This document shows positions 19,815-30,113 of a stretch of DNA of 64,000 nucleotides, piece by piece. Source of the stretch: an uncultured bacterium. GTDB lineage: Bacteria; Patescibacteriota; JACMRA01. The position numbers were made by a program, and so were the translations under genes. The stretch spans positions 32,001 through 96,000 of the forward strand of contig CAWAQU010000009.1 in assembly GCA_963784355.1 (NCBI GenBank), read 5' to 3'. How positions within the stretch are numbered: position 1 is the first letter of the stretch; every line of letters begins with the position of its first letter. The notes beneath the pieces were generated by a model. That model saw only the letters and a list, made by a program, of their open reading frames with translations. It was not told the DNA's origin and did not search any database.

Positions 19815-20240
19815 ATGATTAACTTATCTAATTTACCAAAAACCATATTCCAAACCAAGAAAAGAGTTGGTAGAGGTGAAGGTTCCAATAGAGGTAAAAA
19901 CTCTGGTAAAGGACACAAAGGTCAAAACAAGCATGGTCAAGGCGTGAGAATTGGCTTTGAAGGAGGGCAGAAAACCTTACTTAGAAGAACACCTAAGTTT
20001 AGAGGTTTCAAAGCAATGGATAGAAAGAACAAAGCTGAAATAAATTTGGGAGTTTTAGATAAATTTTTTGCTGAAAATGAAGTTGTTTCTTTGCTAACTT
20101 TACAATCAAAAGGGGTTGTAAATCAGTTTATAAAAAAAGTTAGAGTTATAAACACAGGTACATTAAACAAAGTTTTACAATTTGAAGAAGGGGGCAATTT
20201 ATATTTGACAAAAGGAGTAAAGTCAGTACTTAATAAGTAA
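19815..20240 (+). CDS. rplO: 50S ribosomal protein uL15
   Basis: RVGRGEGS, GKGHKGQ, GFEGGQ, PKFRGF. Confidence 0.96.
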   Translation: MINLSNLPKTIFQTKKRVGRGEGSNRGKNSGKGHKGQNKHGQGVRIGFEGGQKTLLRRTPKFRGFKAMDRKNKAEINLGVLDKFFAENEVVSLLTLQSKGVVNQFIKKVRVINTGTLNKVLQFEEGGNLYLTKGVKSVLNK

Positions 20241-20272
20241 ATGGCTTCAGCGGTATTTAATCATACTGCCAA

Positions 20273-20349
20273 GGGTGTGTAGCTCAGTTGGTTAGAGCAC
20301 TTCACTGATAATGAAGAGGTCGGAGGTTCGAGTCCTCCCACACCCACCA
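20273..20349 (+). tRNA. tRNA-Ile (GAU)
   Basis: Cloverleaf: acceptor GGGTGTG/CACACCC, anticodon arm CTTCA-CTGATAA-TGAAG, T-loop TTCGAGT, encoded CCA. Confidence 0.97.
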
Positions 20350-20399
20350 CACACTCAAAACAAAAACAGAACCAACCTTTCAATTCTATACTATTACAT

Positions 20400-21347
20400 A
20401 TGATCTTAAACTACAGCTTAGCTCAGCCAACATTAAAAACTAGCTTGAAATCTGAAAGTGATACAAAGCACACACTAGTAGTCGAGCCATTACTACCTGG
20501 TTATGGCTATACACTTGGTAATACTATTAGAAGGGTATTACTTTCATCTATTCCTGGTTCAGCCGTAACACGTATTAGAATAAACGAAATAGCACACGAA
20601 TATCAGCCAATTGATGGAGTTGTTGAGGATGCTTTAGATGTAGTCTTAAACTTAAAACAAATTAGATGTAAAATTCTAACAAATGATGATAAAGTTATTC
20701 TTACTTTAAACAAAAATAAGGGAGGAGAAGTTACAGCAGCAGATTTTGCTAAGAATCCTAAAGTAGAGTTAGTAAATCCTGACGCTTATATTTGTTATTT
20801 GAATGATTCTAGTAAGCTTGAGGTTGAAATTGAAATAAGCAGAGGCATAGGTTATTTGTCTATAGAAGAAATTAATTTAGCAGATAATACAAATCCTCAA
20901 GATATCTATATTGATGCATCATTTAATCCTGTTACTAACGTAGCTTTGAATGTTGAGCAGGTACGTGTTGGAGAAAAAACTAATTACGATAAGTTGGAAA
21001 TTACTTTTGAAACTGATAAAAGTATTGAGGCTCAAGAAGTGGTAGATTTTGTATTTAGTAATTTGATTGATTTATTTAATAAAATCTTATCAGGTTTGCA
21101 ATCTTCAACCGACAATCAAGCATTTGTAAAATCTCACTCAACTACAACACCTAGTGATACTCAAGAAGTAGTAAATACTATAAATGAAGAGATAAATCTG
21201 CCTGCTAGAATAAAAAGTATTTTAGAAAAGAATGGAATTACTACTAATTCTGAATTAACTAGTAGAGTATCAGAAGTAGAAAGTTTCGCAGGAATCACAG
21301 AAAAGTCTTTTTCAACAATTCAGGACTATATTAAAACTATTTCTTAA
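20400..21347 (+). CDS. rpoA: RNA polymerase alpha subunit
   Basis: EPLLPGYGYTLGNTIRRVLLSSIPG, LNLKQ, IDASFNPV, YDKL. Confidence 0.97.
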   Translation: MILNYSLAQPTLKTSLKSESDTKHTLVVEPLLPGYGYTLGNTIRRVLLSSIPGSAVTRIRINEIAHEYQPIDGVVEDALDVVLNLKQIRCKILTNDDKVILTLNKNKGGEVTAADFAKNPKVELVNPDAYICYLNDSSKLEVEIEISRGIGYLSIEEINLADNTNPQDIYIDASFNPVTNVALNVEQVRVGEKTNYDKLEITFETDKSIEAQEVVDFVFSNLIDLFNKILSGLQSSTDNQAFVKSHSTTTPSDTQEVVNTINEEINLPARIKSILEKNGITTNSELTSRVSEVESFAGITEKSFSTIQDYIKTIS

Positions 21348-21352
21348 ATATT

Positions 21353-21784
21353 ATGTCACAAGTAGATTGGTCAAAGCTAGGTGATATAAAGTACTGGCTT
21401 GAAGGTATTGCTGGTGGAGTTTCTATAACTCCGGTAATTGAAAAAGGTAGTTTCTTTTTCTGGTTCTTTTTATATCTATTTTCAATACTACTTTTTTTAG
21501 GTATAGCACTTAGAGTAGCTCAAGCATTTTTACATCCCAATCACCCATTTCAAAATAAATTTCCTTTTTGGGGCAACAACTTCATCTGGATGGGTTTATT
21601 AGGCTTTTTTTGGTTTACCTTAAGAGAAGTGAGTGTAGCTTTCTTAGGGGCTAGAATATGGCTTTTAGTAGGACTAGTTTGGTTTTTAACTATTATTGCT
21701 TTCATTATAAGATATTTTATCGTATTCTTCCCTCTTGAAAATCAGTTTTACATAAAAACATATAAGTCACCTTTGCAAAAATAG
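21353..21784 (+). CDS. Hypothetical membrane protein (about 3 TM helices)
   Basis: Long aromatic/hydrophobic segments; starts 5 nt after the rpoA stop. Confidence 0.75.
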   Translation: MSQVDWSKLGDIKYWLEGIAGGVSITPVIEKGSFFFWFFLYLFSILLFLGIALRVAQAFLHPNHPFQNKFPFWGNNFIWMGLLGFFWFTLREVSVAFLGARIWLLVGLVWFLTIIAFIIRYFIVFFPLENQFYIKTYKSPLQK

Positions 21785-22040
21785 TTAGGATTAGGTAGAT
21801 AAGCTATTAAATTTAGCATAACTTAACTTTAAAAGGTAGTGTATTTGATATTTGATGTATAAGATCAAAACTGTTTAATTCTGGCTCACAAATGCTTTTA
21901 GGGCCTTTTAATATTACATCTACTGCTTGCTTTAACGTTTATTCTACGGGTATGAAGTACCTCTGTAATATAAAATAACAAAACAATTTTATCTTCAGGC
22001 AAAAAGACACCTAATTCTATAAATTTATATAATGACCTTT

Positions 22041-23159
22041 TTAACTTTTGGTGATTAAGTTTTGCCAGAGATTGTACATTTGATCTTTTACTTCAGGTAT
22101 AACCTGCTTTTCTTGCTCTTCCTGTTTAAAATCTTCTATTACTTTTTCATAAGCAAGTATATACTGTTTAGCCATATTGCGATAGTTGAACAACATTCTA
22201 GCTCGACTAGATATATATCGCCTATCCATTGCAAAGCATTTCTGAATTTGATGATAGCCTTCTATAAAATCTTCAACTAAAATCCCTGTTCTTTCTTCTT
22301 CAATCAGTTCAGGCATTGAGCCTCTATTTAAAGCTAGTGTGGGCGTTCCACAATAAGCAGACTCCAATACACTCAAGCCAAAAGGTTCGCGGAAACCGGT
22401 AGGGTGCAGGTTACACTTAGCCTTACTCAAAAGTTCAATCTTTTCTTCCATACCAACTTCACCAATAAATTCCACAAGTGGATGGTTTTCATACTGTAAA
22501 CACTCTTCTTTGTAATAATCCGAGCCACCAAAGTCAATTTTACCTGCCAATTTAATTTTCATTCCTAAATTGATTGCTAGTTGGATTGCTAAGTGCGGTT
22601 GCTTTTCCCTATCAAACCTTCCCAGAAAACACAGGTAGTCTTCAGGTTGTGCGTTGAATAAAAAAGGCTGCGGATCTAAGCCATTATAGGCTACACCGAC
22701 ATATTGCAAGTCGGGAAAAGCTTCTTGTTGGTTTTTTGAGATTGAGGCATAGTACAAGCCTTTTCTTTCTTGAAAGTAATTTAAATTAGAAAAATCAATA
22801 GGCCCATGTATTGTAGTTAGGTTAGGAAAGTCCTGAAATTCTAATAAATCTAAACCATGTGAATGAATAATATCAAATTTATCTAGGCTATGTCTCAACT
22901 CTGTTTTAGTCACTTCTATAGCCGCCTGTCTTAATGGATCTAATTTTTTATCTTCCTCTCTATCTTTTAAGTAGGGTATTGCTTTATCACAAATAGGGAA
23001 AACTTTACAGTTAACTTCCGAATCAGCAGTAGCAAAGAGAGTTACTTCATGTCCCAATTCAACAAGCCCCTTAACTAAAAAATATATTACTCTCTCAGTG
23101 CCACCGTATTTCTTTGGAGGAACCGGCAAATATGGCAAAGAGATTATTGCTATTTTCAT
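22041..23159 (-). CDS. Glycosyltransferase family 4 (GT-B)
   Basis: PPKKYGGTERV, GHEVTLF, EPFGLSVLE, GSMPE. Confidence 0.92.
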   Translation of the reverse strand: MKIAIISLPYLPVPPKKYGGTERVIYFLVKGLVELGHEVTLFATADSEVNCKVFPICDKAIPYLKDREEDKKLDPLRQAAIEVTKTELRHSLDKFDIIHSHGLDLLEFQDFPNLTTIHGPIDFSNLNYFQERKGLYYASISKNQQEAFPDLQYVGVAYNGLDPQPFLFNAQPEDYLCFLGRFDREKQPHLAIQLAINLGMKIKLAGKIDFGGSDYYKEECLQYENHPLVEFIGEVGMEEKIELLSKAKCNLHPTGFREPFGLSVLESAYCGTPTLALNRGSMPELIEEERTGILVEDFIEGYHQIQKCFAMDRRYISSRARMLFNYRNMAKQYILAYEKVIEDFKQEEQEKQVIPEVKDQMYNLWQNLITKS

Positions 23160-23308
23160 ATTTAATTTTTGTATTCTATCAATAAAACTACCTTTTATGG
23201 TTGCTTTATATAGCTAATTAATACACTATTACTAGCTTATTGTCAAGAATATTGACTTTATTTGTAAAGTGGGTAATGTTTCCAAAAAATATAAAAACTA
23301 TTCTAATT

Positions 23309-23896
23309 ATGAAAAATACACCATTAACAATTCTAATAATAGGCTTAACTTTTGTAAGTATATTGGTAGCTTTTAATAATCCTGGTACGCAAAAAGAGTT
23401 AATTAATTATTTAGGACTTGAAAATACAAATACCCCTACACAAAGTAAGGCTAAAGTTGCTGGAGCAAAAATTGAAAGAGGCAAAGTCCAAAAAGTTACT
23501 GATGGAGATACTATCACTCTTGATACGGGTAGGACAGTAAGATATTTAAATGTTGATACACCCGAAACTAAAAAACCTGGCACTGCAGTACAATGCTACG
23601 GCCCTGAGGCAAGCAAATTTAATAAAGAACTAGTAGATGGAAAAGAGGTTTTGTTGGTTTCTGATAAAGAATCTGAGGATAGGTATGGTAGAGATTTACG
23701 CTTTGTATTTTTAAGTGACCAAAATACAGACAATATGGAAAATAGTGTAAACGCTAAACTTGTTAAATTAGGATATGCAAGAAGTATTTCATATAAGCCA
23801 AACACAACTTACACTAAATTTTTTGATGAATTAGCTGCTAAGCCTAAAGAACAAAAAATCGGCGTCTGGAGCTGTCCTAGCCCTTTTGAACAGTAG
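23309..23896 (+). CDS. Membrane-anchored thermonuclease (SNase family)
   Basis: VTDGDT, VRYLNVDTPE, DRYGRDL, LVKLGYA; N-terminal TM helix; start at ATG 23309. Confidence 0.92.
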   Translation: MKNTPLTILIIGLTFVSILVAFNNPGTQKELINYLGLENTNTPTQSKAKVAGAKIERGKVQKVTDGDTITLDTGRTVRYLNVDTPETKKPGTAVQCYGPEASKFNKELVDGKEVLLVSDKESEDRYGRDLRFVFLSDQNTDNMENSVNAKLVKLGYARSISYKPNTTYTKFFDELAAKPKEQKIGVWSCPSPFEQ

Positions 23897-25862
23897 TTTT
23901 CGTATACACATTGGTTACATCCTTAACCAGCTCGTTAAACTCCTCATATTCTAGAACTTCTTTCTCAATTAAAGTGCCGGCAATTTTATCTAAATACTGT
24001 CTGTAAGTAACAATAATATCCTTACAAGTAAGATAACAATGATTTAGAATCTTTTTAAGTTCCTGATCAATTATTTTAGCAGAGTCTTCACTATAATGTT
24101 TGGATTCAATCATGTCCTTACCTAAGAAAGTCATTCCTTTATTCTCGTCAAAGGAAATTGGACCTAATTCACTCATTCCATATTTTGCAACCATATTTCT
24201 GGCTATTTCAGTAGCTTTAGCCAAGTCATTTGAAGCTCCTGTGCTAACTTCACCAAAAACAGTTTCCTCAACCACGTAGCCACCAAACAAAGAGGTAATA
24301 TCAGCTAAGAATTCACTCTTAGTTCTTGTAATAGCATCATTTTCTCCGTCAGCTGCAAAAGTGTATCCAGCCGCTCGACCTCTTGGTATAATAGTTACCT
24401 TTTGAACTTTATTGGACTTAGGCATTACTGTTTGTACTAGAGCATGTCCAGCTTCATGATAAGCGGTCAATTTCTTCTGTTCCTCAGTAATTACTTTACT
24501 CTTTAACGAAGGGCCTAATATTACTTTTTCAATTGCCTCTCGTAAGATCTCATTATTAATTTCAGGTAATTTTTCTCTAACAGTTAAAATCGCAGCTTCA
24601 TTAAGTACATTCATTAAATCTGCAGCTGAAAATCCTGCTGTTCTTTTAGCTACTATAGATAGGTCAATATCTTTGGCCAATTTTTTATTTCTAGCATGTA
24701 CTTTCAAAATTTGCTCTCTTTCTTTTCTATCTGGAGCAGTCACGGTAACCTGCCTATCAAACCTACCCGGTCTTAACAAAGCAGGGTCCAAAACATCTGG
24801 TCTGTTGGTGGCACCGATTACAATTATATAGGTGTTTGGCTCAAAACCATCCATCTCTACCAAAATTTGGTTTAATGTTTGCTCTCTTTCGTCATTTCCA
24901 CCACCCAATCCAGTGCCTCTTTGTCTTCCTACAGCATCAATTTCATCAATAAAGATTACACATGGTGACTTCTTCTTGGCTTTTTTAAACAAATCTCTTA
25001 CCCTACCCGCACCTACTCCTACAAACATTTCTACAAATTCAGATCCAGATACGTACATAAATGGTACATTAGCCTCTCCTGCAATAGCTCTAGCCATCAA
25101 AGTTTTACCATTTCCAGGCGAGCCTACAAGTAAGACACCCTTTGGAATTTTAGCTCCCATTTTTTGGTAATCTTCAGGTCTTTTTAGAAAATCCACTACT
25201 TCATTTAATTCCTGCTTAGCTTCTTCATTACCTGCTACATCTGCAAAAGTAACTTTTTCCTTATTATCTAGATCATCATAAGATCTTGCCTTGCTACTTC
25301 CGAAAGAGATTGTACGATTATTTGTATCGCTAATTCTTCTTATTAAATAAGCACCTGCAATTAAGATCAAAGAAATGATTACTAAGTTTTGTACTAAACC
25401 GTTATTCAGAAAATCCACATACCAAGGTTTTACTCTAGCACTTAAAATAACTTTACCGGGCTCATTTCCGATTTCTAGCTTGTTATCTGAACCTACAGCT
25501 GTATTTATATCTTCTACCAGAGAATTTTTTCCCTCAGTGCTGATATTGGTATACACTCTAGTTTCTGTGTTAGACCTATTCTGGGACTCATCTTTATATA
25601 TTTTACCGTAAAGCTTGTCCTTGTTCTCAGATATTTCAATTTCACTTACTTTTTTATTTCTAATTTCAGTTATTAACTCAGACCAATCCCTGGTTGTGTT
25701 TGATTGATTATCTAGTCCTTGAGTCAACATTACAATTCCTGCAATGGCAGCTAAACACAACACTAAGTATGCTAGATTATTCAGTATTTTTCGGTTTAGG
25801 TTCTTCGGATTATTATCAGGACCTTGATCAGGATTTTGGTTGTTGTCTTTATTAGTATTCAT
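23877..25862 (-). CDS. ftsH: ATP-dependent zinc metalloprotease FtsH
   Basis: Two TM helices, [43 protein letters not shown]. Confidence 0.99.
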   Translation of the reverse strand: MNTNKDNNQNPDQGPDNNPKNLNRKILNNLAYLVLCLAAIAGIVMLTQGLDNQSNTTRDWSELITEIRNKKVSEIEISENKDKLYGKIYKDESQNRSNTETRVYTNISTEGKNSLVEDINTAVGSDNKLEIGNEPGKVILSARVKPWYVDFLNNGLVQNLVIISLILIAGAYLIRRISDTNNRTISFGSSKARSYDDLDNKEKVTFADVAGNEEAKQELNEVVDFLKRPEDYQKMGAKIPKGVLLVGSPGNGKTLMARAIAGEANVPFMYVSGSEFVEMFVGVGAGRVRDLFKKAKKKSPCVIFIDEIDAVGRQRGTGLGGGNDEREQTLNQILVEMDGFEPNTYIIVIGATNRPDVLDPALLRPGRFDRQVTVTAPDRKEREQILKVHARNKKLAKDIDLSIVAKRTAGFSAADLMNVLNEAAILTVREKLPEINNEILREAIEKVILGPSLKSKVITEEQKKLTAYHEAGHALVQTVMPKSNKVQKVTIIPRGRAAGYTFAADGENDAITRTKSEFLADITSLFGGYVVEETVFGEVSTGASNDLAKATEIARNMVAKYGMSELGPISFDENKGMTFLGKDMIESKHYSEDSAKIIDQELKKILNHCYLTCKDIIVTYRQYLDKIAGTLIEKEVLEYEEFNELVKDVTNVYTKTTVQKG

Positions 25863-25982
25863 AAACTAAAAATTGAAAGTAATTATTTAATTGTAATAAG
25901 TAGTTTTTTAGGGGAGTTTTGTCAAGATAATCTGAGCTATTGACATTTTTGTTCTTTTCCGTTAGTTTTTTATTTAAATAAT

Positions 25983-26056
25983 GCGGGTATGGTATAATGG
26001 TAGCACACGACCTTGCCATGGTTGAAACGGGGGTTCGATTCCCCCTACCCGCTCCA
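25983..26056 (+). tRNA. tRNA-Gly (GCC)
   Basis: Acceptor GCGGGTA/TACCCGC, anticodon loop TTGCCAT, T-loop TTCGATT, TCCA end. Confidence 0.95.
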
Positions 26057-26071
26057 ACTTGTATACACCCA

Positions 26072-26515
26072 ATGTCAAAGGATACTTTAAAAATAATAAA
26101 CATACTGCATCTAATTTCTGAGGCTATAATAGTTGTATGTTACGTTGCAAGTATTTTACCTGGAGCTTACTTCGGGTTGTTCGCAGTTGTTATACCTCTT
26201 GTTATAGTCAATTTAGTCTTTGCTGTAATTAAAAAAGATACTACGTTAACTTATACACTAGTTAATTTAGCAATGAGTATATTAGCCTTTATTCCAATTC
26301 TTGGTTGGGGTGCAATTGCAATAGGTATTATAATGTCTGTGATGTCAATCCAGGTTATTATGAAAGAATTGCCTGAGGAAGTAAGTAAAGTGAAGGATGC
26401 AATTAACATCGTTGATGTTGAGGTGAAAAAGCAAACTAATAAAGAAACAAACAAAGCAGAAACCAAAAAAGAAGAAGTAAATTCTGAAACTTCAGATAAC
26501 ACTAACAATAAATAA
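26072..26515 (+). CDS. Hypothetical membrane protein
   Basis: About 4 hydrophobic segments (FIPILGW) and a charged tail; start placed after the tRNA at ATG 26072. Confidence 0.75.
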   Translation: MSKDTLKIINILHLISEAIIVVCYVASILPGAYFGLFAVVIPLVIVNLVFAVIKKDTTLTYTLVNLAMSILAFIPILGWGAIAIGIIMSVMSIQVIMKELPEEVSKVKDAINIVDVEVKKQTNKETNKAETKKEEVNSETSDNTNNK

Positions 26516-26537
26516 ATTTGATTTAATAACCACCTTT

Positions 26538-26810
26538 ATGCCAAATACTAAGTCTGCAAAGAAAGCCCTAACTGCATCTTTAAAAAAGAGAGATTACAAT
26601 CTTGAGAAAAAGTCTAAAATAAAAAATTCTTTGAAAGAATTAAGAAGAGTACTCTCAACCACACCTGATAATTTCCAAGAGGCATTATCTAAAGTATATT
26701 CTACCCTTGATAAAGCAGTAAAGACAAAGTTCATTAAAAAGAACAAAGCAGATAGAAAAAAAGCTAGAATGGCCGCTCTCGTTAAAAAAGTTTTAAATCC
26801 TTCTTCTTAA
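26538..26810 (+). CDS. rpsT: 30S ribosomal protein bS20
   Basis: MPNTKSAKK, LDKAVK, NKADRKKAR. Confidence 0.96.
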   Translation: MPNTKSAKKALTASLKKRDYNLEKKSKIKNSLKELRRVLSTTPDNFQEALSKVYSTLDKAVKTKFIKKNKADRKKARMAALVKKVLNPSS

Positions 26811-26835
26811 GATCATTTTTTAATTTACCTTTCCT

Positions 26836-26856
26836 GTGGCTTTTGAGCCACTTTTT
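26836..26856 (+). terminator. Intrinsic terminator after rpsT
   Basis: GTGGCT-TTTG-AGCCAC hairpin followed by TTTTT. Confidence 0.75.
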
Positions 26857-26979
26857 CTTGTTTTAAAACTTAATTAAACTAATCAATATTTTGCTAGTGA
26901 TAGCAATAATTACCATTTTGTCCTTAAATTTCTAATACTAAAATGTTAGTACGATTAAAGAAATTCCGGTAAAATACAA

Positions 26980-27007
26980 TTGACTAAAGTAAAATAGAAA
27001 GTAAAAT
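26980..27007 (+). promoter_or_regulatory. sigma70-type promoter of ruvB (leaderless geometry)
   Basis: TTGACT, 16 nt, TAAAAT; ATG begins 6 nt after the -10. Confidence 0.55.
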
Positions 27008-27013
27008 TTAAGT

Positions 27014-28066
27014 ATGATTGTATCGTCACAAAATCAGACCAGTAAACCTAAGAAGGAGCCAAAAAAGAAGGAGCAAGACGAGATTTTAGAATTAAATCAA
27101 GAAGTACAGATACCCTCAGAATTAAGACCTCAGGAGCTTGCTCAGTACATAGGTCAGAAAAAGATGATATCCCAGTTAAAAATTATAATTGAATCCGGTA
27201 AAATTAGAGACACTCTGCCTGAGCACATCTTATTTTATGGGCCTCCCGGTCTTGGTAAAACTACAATTGCCAGCTTGATTGCTAGAGAGCTAAATGCTAA
27301 CTTTAAAATCATTGCTGCTCCCGGATTGCAAAAAACCGGAGATATGGTAAGTCTATTAGTCAATTTAGAGCCCAAAACAGTTTTGTTTATTGATGAGATA
27401 CACAGGCTTAAAGCCCCACTTGAAGAAACTCTCTATAGTGCTATGGAAGACGGGAAAGTAGATTTATTAATGGGTAAAGGGCAGGGTGCTTCTGTAGCCA
27501 GACTTGATTTAAGCGAATTTATTTTAGTTGGTGCAACCACACAGTTAGGTAAGCTGTCTAAGCCATTAAAAGATAGATTTCCTACTATTTTTCAGCTAGA
27601 GCCTTACCAGGAAAGAGAGATTTTAGAATTGTTAGACAGAAATACAGACATTATTAAATTGAATCTGGATACTGATGCAAAAATTTTCATCGCTCAGAGA
27701 TCAAGAGGTGTACCAAGAATTGCAAATAACATTTTAAAAAGGTTGAGAGATTATCAAATCGTAAAAAAATTAGTAAAGATTGGTCTTTTTGAAGCAAAGG
27801 CATTTTTGGAAGAACTTGGTATACATGACCTTGGACTCACAAAAGCTGATTTAAAATACATGCAAGCTCTATTAAGCGGTAGTGTTTCTTTAAAAACCTT
27901 GGGCGGGATATTATTAGAAGAGGTAGAGACAATAGAATTGGTTATTGAGCCATATTTGATTCACTTAGGGTTTATTGATAAATCTAGCGAAGGCAGAAGA
28001 TTGACGCTGAAAGGGAGGGATTATATTGAGAAGTACGTTAGAAACGGAAATTTAAAATTATTTTAG
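27014..28066 (+). CDS. ruvB: Holliday junction branch migration helicase RuvB
   Basis: LRP, YGPPGLGKTT, FIDEIHRL, GATT, SRGVPRIAN, IEPYLI. Confidence 0.98.
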   Translation: MIVSSQNQTSKPKKEPKKKEQDEILELNQEVQIPSELRPQELAQYIGQKKMISQLKIIIESGKIRDTLPEHILFYGPPGLGKTTIASLIARELNANFKIIAAPGLQKTGDMVSLLVNLEPKTVLFIDEIHRLKAPLEETLYSAMEDGKVDLLMGKGQGASVARLDLSEFILVGATTQLGKLSKPLKDRFPTIFQLEPYQEREILELLDRNTDIIKLNLDTDAKIFIAQRSRGVPRIANNILKRLRDYQIVKKLVKIGLFEAKAFLEELGIHDLGLTKADLKYMQALLSGSVSLKTLGGILLEEVETIELVIEPYLIHLGFIDKSSEGRRLTLKGRDYIEKYVRNGNLKLF

Positions 28067-28159
28067 ACTCCAGGTAGCTAGTGTTTAGTAATTATTGCAC
28101 AATAAAATCAGTACATATAGAATTTATTATCAAAAATATAAGTATTTGTTCTTAAAGTG

Positions 28160-28227
28160 GCTTGTATCAGACACCAAAGCAAACTTTGATCTTGTTATCT
28201 AGAATGAGGTATTGTGATTACTAATAA
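28160..28227 (+). repeat. Dispersed non-coding repeat, copy B (internally divergent)
   Basis: GCTTGTATCAGACACCAAAGC...GGTATTGTGATTACTAATAA matches both ends of copy A. Confidence 0.65.
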
Positions 28228-28303
28228 TCAGCTTGTTGCTGATTTAAAACTAAACTGTAGCTTGACAATTACTTAATTTATGTGTTTTGTATTAGATATT
28301 AAC

Positions 28304-28690
28304 ATGGCTATTACACGCAATAAAAAAGACTCATTAGTCGACGTTGCTCTTACTGCTGACAAAGTTTTAGGTGATGACAAAAAGTCTATTGGAAATAAAT
28401 TGGGTACCCAAATCAACAAACCTTATAAAGAGGCCAAAAAACCCGGATTTATTAAAACTACAATTGAAGAGTTGAGAAAAGTAAATTGGCCTGGACTTAG
28501 CTATGTTTTACGCTGGTCTAGTATAATTATTTTATTTACTGTTTTAGTTTCACTTAGTTTAGGACTATTTGATCACATATTTACAGGTGGCATGAAATTT
28601 GTTGATTGCACAAGCCCTTCAGGCCGTAAACAGACTGTTCAAAGCTGTGGCCAAGAACTATCCGAATATCTAACTTTTAGAAGATCTTAA
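28304..28690 (+). CDS. secE: Preprotein translocase subunit SecE
   Basis: EELRKVNWP motif followed by a TM helix; directly upstream of nusG. Confidence 0.9.
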   Translation: MAITRNKKDSLVDVALTADKVLGDDKKSIGNKLGTQINKPYKEAKKPGFIKTTIEELRKVNWPGLSYVLRWSSIIILFTVLVSLSLGLFDHIFTGGMKFVDCTSPSGRKQTVQSCGQELSEYLTFRRS

Positions 28691-28691
28691 T

Positions 28692-29285
28692 ATGGCAGTA
28701 AAAACAGTTCAAAACGAGGAATCAATTGGAAAAGACTTACAGACTAGATGGTATATTTTACAAACCTATGTGGGCTTTGAAGATGCTGTAAAAAGAGCTC
28801 TTGAGTTAAAGATGCAAAATGTACCTGGCTTATCTGATAAAATTGTAGAAATCTTTATACCTACAAAAAAAGTGTTGAAGTTGGATCGTAAAGGTGAAAG
28901 ACAGGAGAAATTTCAAAAAGTGTATCCTGGATATATCTATCTGCACATGTTATTGGATAAAGAAACTGGATATGTTATTCAAAATACTCAATATGTTTCA
29001 CGCATAGCAGGTACAGGAGACTTTGCTGTGCCATTAGAGCATGGTTACGTAGAAAGATTGAAAGAGCAGCTTTTGAAAGACAATGAAGATGCACAAACAG
29101 TTACCAAAGTAGACTATAAAGTAGGAGATTTAGTAGAGGTAACTGAAGGACCTTTTAGAGATATGCGTGGTAAAGTTAGTGGACTTGATCCTCAAAACTC
29201 CAGAATTATTGTTTTATTAACTATTTTTGATAGAGAAACCAGTGTGGAATTAGATATTCTTGAAATTAGAAAAGTGATTTCCTAA
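28692..29285 (+). CDS. nusG: Transcription termination/antitermination factor NusG
   Basis: WYILQT, YPGYI, KOW motif GDLVEVTEGPF, IFDRET. Confidence 0.97.
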   Translation: MAVKTVQNEESIGKDLQTRWYILQTYVGFEDAVKRALELKMQNVPGLSDKIVEIFIPTKKVLKLDRKGERQEKFQKVYPGYIYLHMLLDKETGYVIQNTQYVSRIAGTGDFAVPLEHGYVERLKEQLLKDNEDAQTVTKVDYKVGDLVEVTEGPFRDMRGKVSGLDPQNSRIIVLLTIFDRETSVELDILEIRKVIS

Positions 29286-29310
29286 AATTATACCATTCTA
29301 GTTAAATTTT

Positions 29311-29338
29311 GCCCTCTTTTGAGGGTTTGTTTATTTTT
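29311..29338 (+). terminator. Intrinsic terminator after nusG
   Basis: CCCTC-TTTT-GAGGG followed by a T-rich tract. Confidence 0.65.
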
Positions 29339-29372
29339 AAATTAAGGTTTGCGTAATATCTAAGACTAATGT

Positions 29373-29386
29373 GAAACACGTGTTTG
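29373..29386. repeat. Palindrome GAAACACGTGTTTG (copy 2, intergenic)
   Basis: Perfect 12-bp core AAACACGTGTTT. Confidence 0.75.
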
Positions 29387-29543
29387 GAAAATTTGTTTAC
29401 CAGTAAGCGTATTAGTTTGATTCAAATATACTCGAATATAAATTGTAAAGTCCACACCTATTTTGCTTGTTATGACTTCTTTAATGATAACTAAGCATCT
29501 AAACTTACTTTACAGCTTTATTAAAAACCTTTATAGAAAAAAT

Positions 29544-30062
29544 ATGTTATTTGAACCAACTACTTACACCTCATATATGTTTGGGCCTGTAAATTATGAA
29601 TCATGTAAAAAAATTATTCAGGACATTGATGCTGCCAATAAAGATGAAAAATATAAGGAAATTTTACTAATTATTTGTAGTGGTGGTGGAAGATTATACC
29701 CTGCTTTTGCAGTTTATGAACACATAAGATTGTCTTTAAAACCAGTTATTTGCTTAGCTGAATCTGAGTGTGGATCTGCTGCCGTGCCTATTCTTCAAGC
29801 TGGAAAAGAGAGATTGTGTACTAAAAATACTAGATTTAAATTACATTCAAGTACTCACTCTTCTGAAAACCTTCCTTACGAAGAATTAGAAAGGTTTACT
29901 GTAAACTCACATATGTCATACAACCATTTTGTTGATTTAACTATAAAAAGAAGTGGAGCTACCAAGGCTCAATTTGAAAAAGAATGTATCCCGGTAAAAT
30001 ATTTAACCGCTGAAGATGCTTTGAAATTTGGGAAACATGGCTTGATTGACAGGATTATCTAG
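29544..30062 (+). CDS. ClpP-like protease-fold protein (divergent)
   Basis: CSGGG, GSAAVPILQAG, FKLH, YLTAEDALKFG...GLID. Confidence 0.8.
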   Translation: MLFEPTTYTSYMFGPVNYESCKKIIQDIDAANKDEKYKEILLIICSGGGRLYPAFAVYEHIRLSLKPVICLAESECGSAAVPILQAGKERLCTKNTRFKLHSSTHSSENLPYEELERFTVNSHMSYNHFVDLTIKRSGATKAQFEKECIPVKYLTAEDALKFGKHGLIDRII

Positions 30063-30113
30063 TTTTGCAATTAAACTCTGTAACTCATTTACATTATTTA
30101 TATTTAAAATTAT

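Noticed and set aside
25852-26103. ORF 25852-26103 and the 5' extension of ORF 25997-26515
   Set aside because: Both overlap tRNA-Gly(GCC); the real CDS more plausibly starts at 26072
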